From IMG/VR virus record IMGVR_UViG_3300027852_000076: a stretch of 42,462 nucleotides of DNA. One strand, 5' to 3'. The notes below the pieces were generated by a model that searched no databases, was not told the DNA's origin, and worked only from the letters and a program-made list of their open reading frames with translations. This document shows positions 32,053 through 41,647 of this stretch, piece after piece. The DNA is from a virus. Each line of letters starts with the position of its first letter. The stretch's first letter is position 1. The translations under genes were made by a program, and so were the position numbers.

Positions 32053-32937
32053 TTATGTGCCCCCCGCGTTATGAAGTGAAACACCTTTAACAGAGCTGAG
32101 CCAATTACCCTCCAAGTTATCACCTGTAAAAATCACTTCTTGTATTTTGTAAGTGCCTTCAGCACTACTTGCTTTTGGTTGGATGTAAAACAAGTCACCT
32201 ATGTTAATTTCAGAACTCGCACTTTCAATTGTAAACAATCTATTCGGCATTAACTCAGGGTTCATTAGAGTGGTAACATCTGCGCCGTTTTGCGTGATAG
32301 AAGGTGTTCCAATCATCCCAGTAGCAGCGCTAACTATAACCGAAGATACTCCGATCAAAGATTCATCTTTTTTTACAATTACAACTTTTTCATCTTGTAT
32401 GCTCCAGTTGAAACCGTATTCTTTTGCGAATTGGTCCAATAGAACTGATGATTTTCCTGATAATGTTTGGCCCCGAAGTTTATCCGCAATATCGGGAATA
32501 CCTTCTATTGTTCCAATGGCTAAATCAAAGGTTTTTATAACCTCAGCCACAATAGTTTTAATGGAAATATTAGCATCAAACGTTTTATTTACTTTTGCAT
32601 TTTGCCAACTACGCTCACCATCTGCCGCGTATAGGGTAATCATTCTATCCACGTTTGTTCTAGTATCGGTACTATTGCGAATATCACCTTTAAAAAGTAG
32701 CTTTAAATTGTTCTCATAACCAGCGTTTAAAATTATTTTAGTTTTTGCAGATTGCAACGCTGAAATAGTGTCATTATTGGGATTATAAATAACAATCTTA
32801 CAAAGATTTGGCGCACCGATAACGCTTTTACTTACCTCAAAATTTATACGCAAGTCTGAAATTATTCGGCGCTCACCAGTGACCGGAATTATTGTCAGGT
32901 TGTATTGCCTGTTAAATTGTCTAGCCACCTGTAGCAC
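32053..32937 (-). CDS. Baseplate hub-like protein
   Basis: LRINFEVSKSVIGAPNLCKIVIYNPNNDT...ILNAGYENNLKLLFKGDI pattern. GTG start, with no ATG available. Confidence 0.6.
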   Translation of the reverse strand: MLQVARQFNRQYNLTIIPVTGERRIISDLRINFEVSKSVIGAPNLCKIVIYNPNNDTISALQSAKTKIILNAGYENNLKLLFKGDIRNSTDTRTNVDRMITLYAADGERSWQNAKVNKTFDANISIKTIVAEVIKTFDLAIGTIEGIPDIADKLRGQTLSGKSSVLLDQFAKEYGFNWSIQDEKVVIVKKDESLIGVSSVIVSAATGMIGTPSITQNGADVTTLMNPELMPNRLFTIESASSEINIGDLFYIQPKASSAEGTYKIQEVIFTGDNLEGNWLSSVKGVSLHNAGGT

Positions 32938-33256
32938 CGTTTTCTAATTCAGCTAATTCATCATCATTTAATAACACCAGGGTAGAAACTGTTCCAAGGT
33001 CTGTTTTCTCCGGATCAAGGTTTGTGGCATCTTGATTAATGATGAATAGGTTTTTAATTGCTAGGTTGTGCTGCTTTAGAATATCCACACCACTCACCAT
33101 TGGAACACCGGCGAGCAAGCACGTATCATTATCATAGAAAGAAATAGACCAAACACCCGAGCGTGAATTTAAAGTTACCCTGCAGCTATATTGAACACCT
33201 TCTAGCACTATTGAAAATAGCTGTTCGGGGTTACTGTTCAATGGTATTTCTAACAT
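32921..33256 (-). CDS. Conserved tail/baseplate-module protein
   Basis: 111 aa. QLFSIVLEGVQYSCRVTLNSRSGVWSISF...VPMVSGVDIL pattern. Called by position. Confidence 0.5.
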   Translation of the reverse strand: MLEIPLNSNPEQLFSIVLEGVQYSCRVTLNSRSGVWSISFYDNDTCLLAGVPMVSGVDILKQHNLAIKNLFIINQDATNLDPEKTDLGTVSTLVLLNDDELAELENGATGG

Positions 33257-33271
33257 GGAAATACTTCCTCA

Positions 33272-33910
33272 TTATCCGCTTATAAATCCGCCAATCCACT
33301 TGGCTACTGATTTTCGTTTTTCATCGGTGGGTATAATCGCTTCCTGTTGGCCTCGGTCATCTGCGCTTTGTGCTTTTTCGGTAGTTTCCCCTTGTTCAAG
33401 TGTGTCAGGTTGGAACGGCCTTATTTCCGATTCGCTTATGATGACTTGTTCCATTGAAATACTCATGAGTACCATGCGCGAAGTGTCTTTATTTTGAGTA
33501 ACGCTTATTCCAACTATTATTAAATTATTAATTAATCCTAGTTTTGTTTGAACGCTAACTTCTTTCCGCGCATTTTTCAATTCGAGCATATCGTTATATG
33601 CTACCTGACTACGTGTAAGATTTTCCTCAGTAGATGTTCCAAACAAATTGCTCGCTGAATCTACTAGCTGTTTGAAAGCTGCTGTCCCTAAAGGGGAATC
33701 ACTAACCTGGGCAGTTATTAGTAATTTTTTAGGTTCAATCACGGCATGGTCAGAAATATCTACGCCATGCTCAACTGGATTTTTTGTCAGTCTAACAGTG
33801 TCCGTGTGTGATTCAGTTATGAAAGCATCAAGCTCAACGACTTTTTCAACGCCGTTTTGCACACTTGTAAATTCTCGCTTTGATCTAATAAATAAATTTT
33901 CAAAAGCCAT
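33272..33910 (-). CDS. Tail/baseplate protein immediately downstream of the tape measure gene
   Basis: 212 aa. LDAFITESHTDTVRLTKNPVEHGVDISDHAV pattern. Called by position. Confidence 0.5.
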   Translation of the reverse strand: MAFENLFIRSKREFTSVQNGVEKVVELDAFITESHTDTVRLTKNPVEHGVDISDHAVIEPKKLLITAQVSDSPLGTAAFKQLVDSASNLFGTSTEENLTRSQVAYNDMLELKNARKEVSVQTKLGLINNLIIVGISVTQNKDTSRMVLMSISMEQVIISESEIRPFQPDTLEQGETTEKAQSADDRGQQEAIIPTDEKRKSVAKWIGGFISG

Positions 33911-33925
33911 TAGTTTTTCCAGGTG

Positions 33926-35293
33926 TTATTGGTCAATTGCCGTTCGCAAAGTTTTTGACACTTGCTCATAAGCATTGGATGCCGCCGCCAATATCTCATC
34001 TGCTGTTTTATCCGCACCCTCTATGAGTATTTCCACCTTATCTACAATTGTAGTACCTGAGCCTTCTCCGCCCCTTGGCGCCGGAATTGAATTATTTCTA
34101 CCAACGGTATCTGTAAATACCCCGCTAATTGAATCAAAAATAGCGTCACCGAAACCACCCTTAAAAAAATCAATCCCACCATCGACCAATGCTTTTAACT
34201 CATTCCACTTATCGAATATTTTGTCAAAAGCAGCTTGAACACCTTCCAAGCTTAAAAGCCAGTTTGCAAACTCATTAAAATATGACTCCCCACCTGATAG
34301 CGCTGTCCACAAGTCTTCGATTGCTATAATTAGGGCGAGTATTGCACCACCTATGGCAATAGGGCCAATCATTGCAGCAGCCCACATAAGAGCAAAACTC
34401 ACAGCCTGGACAATTGTGGCAATGCGTAAAGCTTTCATGGCCCCAATAAGTTTAGCAAAGGTGTTAAGTAGACCTATTGCCATTAGGGCTCCAACGGCAA
34501 CTGTCAAAATTCTAAAACTAAAAGCAAGTTTTTCAATCCAGCGCGGTAAATCTTGTTCAATTATTTTCCGATTAAGTACCCACCATTCTTTGAATCCAAC
34601 CATTACTTTTGTAAGTATTGGCCCAACTTCCCGCGTCAAAACACGCGACATTGATTTAAAAATAGCAATGAGATCGGCTTGTGCATTCTGAAAATCATTA
34701 GAAACTTTTACATCTTTTTTAGTTACAGCACCTAATTCAGTAAACCCATCGACCATGGTCCTAATTGCAGCCGGCCCTTGTTGCAATAATCGAATGGTGT
34801 TCTTTAAACCGAGTTTATCGGCAAGCTCTATCTGTTCAGCTTTCCCCAAGCCTACCATTGCCTCTGAGATTTCCAACATTAGCTTACTGGCAACCTTGAC
34901 CTTACCTGAAGCATCCACGGACGAAATACCAAGGCGGCCAAGGGCTTCAACACCACTACCCGCACCTTTTGCCGCCTCAGAAGCCCGTATGGACAGATCA
35001 CGCAAGGCATCGCCCATTTGATTGGAGGAACCTCCGGCCAACTGTAATGCATGAGATAGGGCGGCCACATTAGCGGCAGTGTCGTCTATCTCAGCGGCAA
35101 GAAGGCCCTGTTCATCTGTCGCTGCAGCACTAACTGCAGTTATTCCGGTAATCGCTGCAGCGGCCCCTATGGCAGCTTTAGCCAGTTGCTTCGTCACCTG
35201 AACAGTGGACGCTACCCCAGCCTGGAATTTTTTCAGATCGGTCGGGTCATATTCAAAACCCAAACCCACCAGTAGATCGTCAATACTCGCCAT
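33926..35293 (-). CDS. Tape measure protein
   Basis: 455 aa, helical and Ala-rich, with internal hydrophobic segments (LAFSFRILTVAVGALMAIGLL..., AAMIGPIAIGGAILALIIAI). It follows the chaperone pair. Confidence 0.75.
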   Translation of the reverse strand: MASIDDLLVGLGFEYDPTDLKKFQAGVASTVQVTKQLAKAAIGAAAAITGITAVSAAATDEQGLLAAEIDDTAANVAALSHALQLAGGSSNQMGDALRDLSIRASEAAKGAGSGVEALGRLGISSVDASGKVKVASKLMLEISEAMVGLGKAEQIELADKLGLKNTIRLLQQGPAAIRTMVDGFTELGAVTKKDVKVSNDFQNAQADLIAIFKSMSRVLTREVGPILTKVMVGFKEWWVLNRKIIEQDLPRWIEKLAFSFRILTVAVGALMAIGLLNTFAKLIGAMKALRIATIVQAVSFALMWAAAMIGPIAIGGAILALIIAIEDLWTALSGGESYFNEFANWLLSLEGVQAAFDKIFDKWNELKALVDGGIDFFKGGFGDAIFDSISGVFTDTVGRNNSIPAPRGGEGSGTTIVDKVEILIEGADKTADEILAAASNAYEQVSKTLRTAIDQ

Positions 35294-35921
35294 TACTTAC
35301 TCACCATACTGGCCTTCAAATCTATCAATTCATTAAACAACATAACATCTTCCAGGGAGTAGGTTCCGTCTTGTAGCTCATGTAGTGCGCACATCGGCGG
35401 ATCAACCAGCAGTGGTCTATGTAGAAAGCTATCTACGTTAGGGAAATTCTCCAGGTTTACATGGTTTCCTTCACTTTGACCAGAAGGTTTTCTACCAACT
35501 GGCCTTTGAACAAATTTCCATAGTTCACCTCAAGCGCGAACGCAAACACCTTGTACACGTCAAGCAAGCCATCTCCGGAGAAATGTTCACTGAATGAGGT
35601 TTCCGTGATTCTTTTCCCATCGCACGCCGCACCAACGATCGTTTCCTTTAATAACTCCACTAAACCTTCCGGAGAAGTTACCTGGAACATTTTTTCCAGG
35701 CCATCAGCAAACGCCAAGACTTGATTACCGTTAATGTCCTTGCTTAATTCCTCCAGGTCTAAATCTGGGCTAGCTTTACCCAGTGCCGTTGCCAAGGAGG
35801 TACCTAAAACCTTCGTTACCTTAAATTTCATCAACAGTGCTTTTTCTGCAGGCCATTGGGTCACGCTGTATTCATGTTCGCCGATCTGTTTGTTTTCTGT
35901 TCTGCAAGCCATAGTTTCCAC
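35293..35921 (-). CDS. Tail assembly chaperone, -1 frameshifted long (GT-like) product
   Basis: The -1 frame is open from just upstream of the slippery site through 54 codons beyond the frame-0 stop. It ends in TAATG, overlapping the tape measure start. Confidence 0.55.
35457..35921 (-). CDS. Tail assembly chaperone (short, G-like product)
   Basis: 154 aa, located between the tube and tape measure genes. Confidence 0.65.
   Translation of the reverse strand: METMACRTENKQIGEHEYSVTQWPAEKALLMKFKVTKVLGTSLATALGKASPDLDLEELSKDINGNQVLAFADGLEKMFQVTSPEGLVELLKETIVGAACDGKRITETSFSEHFSGDGLLDVYKVFAFALEVNYGNLFKGQLVENLLVKVKETM
35511..35517 (-). promoter_or_regulatory. Candidate -1 slippery heptamer A_AAT_TTG
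   Basis: Frame-0 codons are GGA AAT TTG. This is the only X_XXY_YYZ heptamer within the window where frame 0 and frame -1 are both open. Confidence 0.45.
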
Positions 35922-35963
35922 CTAATAGGGCAAGTTTGCCGGTCAATTTCACGATAATGAATT

Positions 35964-36016
35964 CCGGTAGGGGTGCGTCTGCGACCGGCAACAAACGCAC
36001 GGCGGAACCCTACCGG
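35964..36016 (-). ncRNA. Large two-tier RNA stem-loop between the tube and chaperone genes
   Basis: Minus strand: CCGGTAGGG-ttccgcc-GTGCGT-ttgttgccggtcgcag-ACGCAC-CCCTACCGG. Perfect 9-bp and 6-bp helices, with no U tract. Confidence 0.4.
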
Positions 36017-36024
36017 AAACCTTT

Positions 36025-36441
36025 CTAGCCCCCGTGTACGAGGTCTAATCTTTCCACCCTTATCACCCATTCCTGAGAGTTTGCATTTGGCCCGCGCACC
36101 ATTGAGGCCGGTCGTGCAATGTACCCTTGTGTTCCTGAACCAAGGTCATTGCCGCGCAAATCTTTAAATTGCACAAAGATCGGTACGAAAGCCCCGTTTT
36201 CCTGAGCGCTAACTAAAGATGATAAATATTTGTTTGAACCCGATCTCTGCATTAGTCGAAAAGTAATACTGCCCGACCTATCGGCGGAAATGCTCACAGT
36301 CATTTCCCCATCGCTGCCAATCTTATGATTAGCTGAATCGCTAAATCTTTCCAGTTTAATAACATCATCGCCTTCATCAAAACCCGACACCTCAACACCA
36401 TTAACTAGTAATAAGGTATCTAAAAAACTATATTCTTTCAT
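36025..36441 (-). CDS. Tail tube protein (DUF3277-like)
   Basis: 138 aa, directly after the sheath gene. Sequence MKEYSFLDTLLLVNGVEVSGFDEGDDVIKLER...ITFRLMQRSGSNKYL. Confidence 0.7.
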   Translation of the reverse strand: MKEYSFLDTLLLVNGVEVSGFDEGDDVIKLERFSDSANHKIGSDGEMTVSISADRSGSITFRLMQRSGSNKYLSSLVSAQENGAFVPIFVQFKDLRGNDLGSGTQGYIARPASMVRGPNANSQEWVIRVERLDLVHGG

Positions 36442-36468
36442 GGAAAATGCCCCTTTAATTTTTTACGA

Positions 36469-38364
36469 TTAGCGCTCGAACACAGCATTAATTTGAACAC
36501 TGTGAATGGCACCTGCCCCCAAAATTATAAAACTTAAACCTGGGTAGTGGCGCGCCTCCTTATCACTCTGATTAATTTCATCAACTGGGATCGTTGTTAC
36601 CTTGTACCCACTTGGAAGAAATTCCCCGTCAATTGTTTCCCCAGGTGCAATAAGTCCGTTTCGCAATCCCTCATCAAGCGCTCTAATAACTTGCTGTTCA
36701 ATGGCAGCAATACCTTTGTCCGTGTATGGGACTTTTGTAGGGCGAGTTAAAAGGTAGCCGAAAACGTTTGTTTGTATTGCATTGGATAACCAATCCACGC
36801 CATGTACTTCATCGAAAAATACACCATTAGCCATGGACGATTCCGCATATAAAATGCTTGCCCCAATTTCAACAATAGCGTTTGCATTTTTAGAATCTAA
36901 TACAGCTTTGTTGTTTTGGGTAAGGGTTTCCACGGTAATGCCTGGGGCTTGTTTAAACTTCAAAGTTATTGTGCTGTTTGGCTGATTAAAATTAACAGTA
37001 AATGCTCTACCTAATATACTAGCACTTGGGTATTCATCCGCATTGGAACTATAGGTGGTAATTGTTCGGCGTAAGTTTTTCGCTTTAAGCACTGATGCAA
37101 TGTCCGTATCAATTGCGGCATCCAACATATCTATATTATTAGAAGTATTTCCAAACACTTTTGTCCGAGCTTCAACCCAGTCGGCTACATCTTCCACATC
37201 TTGATTATCGCGGCTTTCATTGGTCAATACCAAGCCATACCAATCTGGATCATAATCCTGAATTGCGTTCAGTGCATCAGTAATATCACCAGGGCCGCCA
37301 ATGCCACCATTAACAGCTATTGCCCCACTAACAGTATCTAAATTAAGTATGGGGCCAATAAAACCATTTGGTATTGTTCCAACCGTTATAGGTGTAATAG
37401 TTGAAAGTGTTCCAACCGTCCCGCTAATAATTAACATTTGATCAGTTAGTGGATTATATTCCACTCGGCTTCGCTGAAAACCTTCATTCCCATTAGCTAG
37501 TTGCAATGTTTCTTGTAAGCGAATCGCCACATAATCCATGTCTTCCTCATCTATGGGATTTTGGCTAGTAATCTCAACACTCACGCCATCGATAGTAATA
37601 ATAAAATTTGCCTGAGCTGGCATATTGGCAAGATCGATTAACGCTTGCCCTGGGTTAGCAATAACCCCACCTGTTAATGTTCCCTGCGTTTCACCTTCAA
37701 GCAATGGTGGGTAAATAGTTCCACCTAAACCTAGTTCAGTATTGGTGTAGGCTGATATATCCGTTCCGCCCGCCGATACCGCAGGACTTTCAATATAGCC
37801 GATCTCAACATTGTCGGCGTTCGTTCTAAATGTAAAAAATTCCCCCACCGCATCCCATTCAACAGTAACAGTTGAAAAATCTCCACCCTGCGCCTGTATT
37901 GCGGATTGCATTACACTAATGACAGTATTCATATCACTAGGATCACCTATAGTAAAATCCATTGCGGTAATATCAACACGATTAGCGCCAACTAATATTG
38001 ATAATTCTCCATCCGATGTTGCAATTAATGCAGAAATTTCTGAGGAATGAATAGGTGTCCCATGCATGTACGCTTGGCGGCTTTCCCCGCCCCCGCCCCC
38101 GCCGCTAGGCCGCTCGGAAATTTTTAAAGTAGTAGGTTTTGGTTGCTGTGAAAAATAGGCGTTTGCCGCTTTGTAAGCTTCCGTAGTAGATGCCCAATCT
38201 TCCGCCACTCCTTCCATGTTGAAATAAGTACGCACAAGCTCACCAGGGCTGTATACGTTCTCAGTAGGTGTGACAATGTTTAGAGTACCAAAGCCCGCTC
38301 GTTCAGGGAAAACAGCCCCTATTGAAACGGAAACATCTACTATTGTTGAAACTGGAATAGTCAT
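36469..38364 (-). CDS. Tail sheath protein (DUF3383-like)
   Basis: 631 aa. N-terminus MTIPVSTIVDVSVSIGAVFPERAGFGTLNIVT. It lies upstream of the tube gene. Confidence 0.7.
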   Translation of the reverse strand: MTIPVSTIVDVSVSIGAVFPERAGFGTLNIVTPTENVYSPGELVRTYFNMEGVAEDWASTTEAYKAANAYFSQQPKPTTLKISERPSGGGGGGESRQAYMHGTPIHSSEISALIATSDGELSILVGANRVDITAMDFTIGDPSDMNTVISVMQSAIQAQGGDFSTVTVEWDAVGEFFTFRTNADNVEIGYIESPAVSAGGTDISAYTNTELGLGGTIYPPLLEGETQGTLTGGVIANPGQALIDLANMPAQANFIITIDGVSVEITSQNPIDEEDMDYVAIRLQETLQLANGNEGFQRSRVEYNPLTDQMLIISGTVGTLSTITPITVGTIPNGFIGPILNLDTVSGAIAVNGGIGGPGDITDALNAIQDYDPDWYGLVLTNESRDNQDVEDVADWVEARTKVFGNTSNNIDMLDAAIDTDIASVLKAKNLRRTITTYSSNADEYPSASILGRAFTVNFNQPNSTITLKFKQAPGITVETLTQNNKAVLDSKNANAIVEIGASILYAESSMANGVFFDEVHGVDWLSNAIQTNVFGYLLTRPTKVPYTDKGIAAIEQQVIRALDEGLRNGLIAPGETIDGEFLPSGYKVTTIPVDEINQSDKEARHYPGLSFIILGAGAIHSVQINAVFER

Positions 38365-38365
38365 A

Positions 38366-38914
38366 TTAATTCACCTCAAGGTTATAAGTATAACGCAGGC
38401 CGTATTTCTGAAATTCGACCCCCATGTCTACGGAACAAATAGCAGTTACTGTCTCACTAACATTACCTGTAACAGCAACTGACAAATCAAATTGCGCTCG
38501 TTCTTCCCAACTATTTTCGCGTGCTATGGATATGTTGCGAACCGCCGACCTAGATATAAATCCAAGTTTTGCTTTTTTAAATAACTCAGATACTGATTGA
38601 CCAGTAAACGCCATGTTTACAAAGTTGGCTAAATCCATTGCATCGTCACGGTAAAAATTTATAGAAATAAAAACTTCCCGTAAAGCTGTTCGGGTACTGT
38701 CCAGGTCGCCGTCTACGCGATTAGCATATTTAATTTCATCCGTTCCGATCGGGGTATTACTAATTATTTTAACGGATGCATACTCACCAACTGGCCTTGG
38801 TGCATTTTTTTGTTCCGCCAATATGCTGTAACCTGGAATACCTAGAATTAAATCTACGGTATCACGAACAAATTTGTTTATTGTTTCGCCTAATATTGAG
38901 TTGTTAATCATCAT
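38366..38914 (-). CDS. Tail terminator / tail completion-like protein
   Basis: Start set at the ATG 38914, which overlaps the upstream stop (ATGA). The AEQKNAPRPVGEYASVKI motif resembles the DUF3168 class. It lies just upstream of the sheath gene. Confidence 0.5.
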   Translation of the reverse strand: MMINNSILGETINKFVRDTVDLILGIPGYSILAEQKNAPRPVGEYASVKIISNTPIGTDEIKYANRVDGDLDSTRTALREVFISINFYRDDAMDLANFVNMAFTGQSVSELFKKAKLGFISRSAVRNISIARENSWEERAQFDLSVAVTGNVSETVTAICSVDMGVEFQKYGLRYTYNLEVN

Positions 38915-39267
38915 TGTATTTGCACACCCACACCTGATGAGTAACCATAGGTTGTCCAATCCTTAACACTAACTATCTTATATTCGAGCCCAGCATGACA
39001 AACGTGGTCAGCTACTAACCTTGCTCTATCGTCGGTCTGCCGCAAAGCTTTACGGCAGATAAATTTCAAAACATTAGTGTTGCGTTCACCTTCACTCAAT
39101 TGCTGTAGTTCTTTCGGTGTCGGTTGTTGTACGCTCGCTAATGCTGGTATTGCGCGATACCTCCCCTGTTGATATTTACCATCTACGAAAGCACCTTTAA
39201 CAAATCGTTTTATAATAATTCGTTCGGCTGTGTCAGAATCAATTGCTTCGGAAACATTTATAGGCAT
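38911..39267 (-). CDS. Head-tail adaptor / head closure protein
   Basis: 118 aa. ALASVQQPTPKELQQLSEGERNTNVLKF...EYKIVSVKDW pattern. Confidence 0.55.
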   Translation of the reverse strand: MPINVSEAIDSDTAERIIIKRFVKGAFVDGKYQQGRYRAIPALASVQQPTPKELQQLSEGERNTNVLKFICRKALRQTDDRARLVADHVCHAGLEYKIVSVKDWTTYGYSSGVGVQIQ

Positions 39268-39773
39268 TATTTATCACCAATCTGGTAACGTATGCTTTGA
39301 ATAAGATGGCCAGTATCGTGTAAGGGTGTTGGGTTTGCTCCACGTTTTTTACTGGGGTTTTTTAAAGCTGGGGTTATCCCACTATTAATACGTTCAATAA
39401 CGTCACCTTGAAATATTTCACCCAAGGTTTGTAGGGATTGTTTTTTTGTTATCTTGTCGGCCAGTATTTTATCAGCTAATTTACCGATAATTTTTGTATA
39501 TTTTTTACGATTAGTTTTTAATGGCTCTCTTAAAAAACTTCGTTCAGGTATATTTTTTTCAGGATAACCAAATTCGTGGACAATGCCGACCATTATTACA
39601 GGTGTAGGCGGGGCACCAATTTTATTACCTGGGGGCGAGGGGTAATCCCCTGAACCCTTTGGTAATCCCACTCTAACAACATCCGGCCCACTAAAGCGCG
39701 TATTAGCTTCCTTTAATTTTTTCAGGGCTCTATCAACAGCTTTTCTATCTTTTAGGCCGACTTTACTTTTCAT
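39267..39773 (-). CDS. HK97 gp10-like head-tail connector / tail completion protein
   Basis: GIVHEFGYPEKNIPERSFLREPL and LHDTGHLIQSIRYQ motifs. Confidence 0.65.
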   Translation of the reverse strand: MKSKVGLKDRKAVDRALKKLKEANTRFSGPDVVRVGLPKGSGDYPSPPGNKIGAPPTPVIMVGIVHEFGYPEKNIPERSFLREPLKTNRKKYTKIIGKLADKILADKITKKQSLQTLGEIFQGDVIERINSGITPALKNPSKKRGANPTPLHDTGHLIQSIRYQIGDK

Positions 39774-40165
39774 TAATAGTTTCCAAAAGCTGTCAACACA
39801 CCGACTAAGCAGCTATCCCGAACTGTTATGAATCTTTGCCCGTAGCTTGTTCCCATATAGAAATCATCAGCTTCTGAACGGTCCTTTGTGGCAACAGCTC
39901 TACCTACTGATACACCATCGGCTGACTTACTGGAAATTGGGCCGGTACTTGTGGAAGTGTCGCCATACTCTGTGTTCGAGCCACTTGTTAATAGATGGGC
40001 TGCTAAATATGCTTGGGCGTAATCGTATTTACCACACCATCGGGTTTCGTCCGAACCCATATGAATCAAGGTATCATTAATAAACATTTCAATTCTAGGA
40101 ATTGGATAAAAATCCAAGTCATCGAACTCTGGAAATCTAAGTATAAATTCTTCCGCTGTAACCAT
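39773..40165 (-). CDS. Head-tail connector protein (DUF4054-like)
   Basis: MVTAEEFILRFPEFDDL...YAQAYLAAHLL. The start is set at the ATG 40165 rather than the TTG at 40210. Confidence 0.6.
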   Translation of the reverse strand: MVTAEEFILRFPEFDDLDFYPIPRIEMFINDTLIHMGSDETRWCGKYDYAQAYLAAHLLTSGSNTEYGDTSTSTGPISSKSADGVSVGRAVATKDRSEADDFYMGTSYGQRFITVRDSCLVGVLTAFGNY

Positions 40166-40208
40166 GATATTTTCCAGGTAATTTTTAGCAGATAAAATTA
40201 AGGGTCCC

Positions 40209-40239
40209 AACTCGGTAGCTAGGAAGGAACTACCAAGTT
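40209..40239 (-). terminator. 10-bp stem hairpin downstream of the capsid gene cluster. Candidate attenuator or mRNA stabiliser.
   Basis: Minus strand: AACTTGGTAG, an 11-nt loop, then CTACCGAGTT. The single mismatch is a G-U pair only in the minus-sense RNA. There is no clean U tract. Confidence 0.3.
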
Positions 40240-40294
40240 GAAACCCTTAAACTTTTCACCGCTCACCACTCGCCATTAAAACACAATAGTCATT

Positions 40295-40612
40295 TTACGC
40301 TTTGGCTTTAGGTGGTGTTGGTACGGCAGTAGAACTGGATTTAGCCTTGGTATCAGGGTCTTTTTCCAGCTCAAGATCATTCTCACTATTGCCAAAACTT
40401 ACAAGATTTTGTTCCTGTAAGTTTTTAAGGTAGGGGCATAAAACTTTCCCAGCCTTAGAAACAAATGCTAACCAATGATCATCGTCCACCACGTTAAACC
40501 CTGGCGCAATGCGAACACTTACAATGCGCCCTGTTTTGGTTGCGGTTTTTAAATTGTACTGCCTTGCTGTTTTGTTAATTACACCGGCCATGATTTTATA
40601 TTCCTTCGCCAA
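40295..40612 (-). CDS. Hypothetical structural-module protein with a Pro/Lys/Ala-rich C-terminal tail
   Basis: 105-aa ORF directly after the capsid gene. The start may be the internal ATG at 40591. Confidence 0.45.
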   Translation of the reverse strand: MAKEYKIMAGVINKTARQYNLKTATKTGRIVSVRIAPGFNVVDDDHWLAFVSKAGKVLCPYLKNLQEQNLVSFGNSENDLELEKDPDTKAKSSSTAVPTPPKAKA

Positions 40613-41636
40613 CGGCTAATGATAATGGATAGTAAATGTTCAGGCCGCCAAGCCGTGAACGCCCAGGTATAACAAATTCCAGGTTCTTTTGTTGGAGAGG
40701 AAGCATTTCCAGTTCAACAGGTATTTCAAGCTGCAATTTGTCAGGGTTGCGGTCATAAGCCACCATAGCATCTGTCGCTAAGGTTGGATTATTTGCAGCA
40801 GCACACTCATTGACGGGAATAATACTTTCCAGGCCACTTATAAACGGACTATTTGTTGCCACATATTGTGCAATAGTGGTGTCACTATTTGCCGCCCTTG
40901 GAGTGGTCATGATGTATGACCATTGCGAAGGTGGTAAAAGTAAGGTGTTGCCGTTTTCCACCATCTTTGTGGTTTCAAAAATGTCGGTAAACAGCCCGTT
41001 AATGTCGGCCAGAATTTGATCAGGCGTTTTATTGACGAACTCTGTTCCAGCCCCATGGTCAACTACCGGCCCAACTGGGATATTGGGATTGGAAAACAAT
41101 CCAGGTAGACCGCTTTCTTCATCACCATAGAACGCCACATCATTTGTAACCTGCTCATTGGCTCGACGTGCGGCATTAGCCCTACGTTGATCAAGCGCGG
41201 CACCTGTGAGCTGTGAAGCCTGAATTTCATCCAGGTTATACCCATAAGAGACACCAACCGATCGAACAGGAACGCTGGTTTCTTTTCCGGCAACATCGGC
41301 GCGTGGAAGATCATCAGCATAAGCATTGATGATTTTAGCGGAACCAACAGCATCATAAGTACGGTAGGTAATGCTAGTAATTCCAGCGCCACCCTCGTTT
41401 GATACGGGGAAAAGTGTCCGAGCTTTTAGTTCAGCATAACGAACATCATAGGACCGAGCTTTTATATACTCCAACTGGCGCTGGAAGAAAAAAGCACCAT
41501 CAGCATCCATTGTGCCGTTATTCAGGGCCACAACCACGGCCCCGTCAAGCTTGGTACTTTTTCCATCAGTCGTAATGGTGCCCATCATTCCATCAAAGGT
41601 GATTGTTGAACCATCGCGTAATTTTAATTTTCTCAC
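40596..41636 (-). CDS. Major capsid protein (DUF2184 / HK97-fold type)
   Basis: FFFQRQLEYIKARSYDVRYAELKARTLFPV, and the order protease-scaffold, decoration, capsid. GTG start with AAGGGG 7 nt upstream. Confidence 0.75.
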   Translation of the reverse strand: MRKLKLRDGSTITFDGMMGTITTDGKSTKLDGAVVVALNNGTMDADGAFFFQRQLEYIKARSYDVRYAELKARTLFPVSNEGGAGITSITYRTYDAVGSAKIINAYADDLPRADVAGKETSVPVRSVGVSYGYNLDEIQASQLTGAALDQRRANAARRANEQVTNDVAFYGDEESGLPGLFSNPNIPVGPVVDHGAGTEFVNKTPDQILADINGLFTDIFETTKMVENGNTLLLPPSQWSYIMTTPRAANSDTTIAQYVATNSPFISGLESIIPVNECAAANNPTLATDAMVAYDRNPDKLQLEIPVELEMLPLQQKNLEFVIPGRSRLGGLNIYYPLSLAVGEGI

Positions 41637-41647
41637 AGTATTACCCC

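Noticed and set aside
35861-36070. 69-aa Arg/Gly-rich minus-strand ORF spanning the tube-chaperone spacer
   Set aside because: It overlaps both neighbouring genes, and its composition reflects the GC-rich hairpin. It is better explained as RNA structure.
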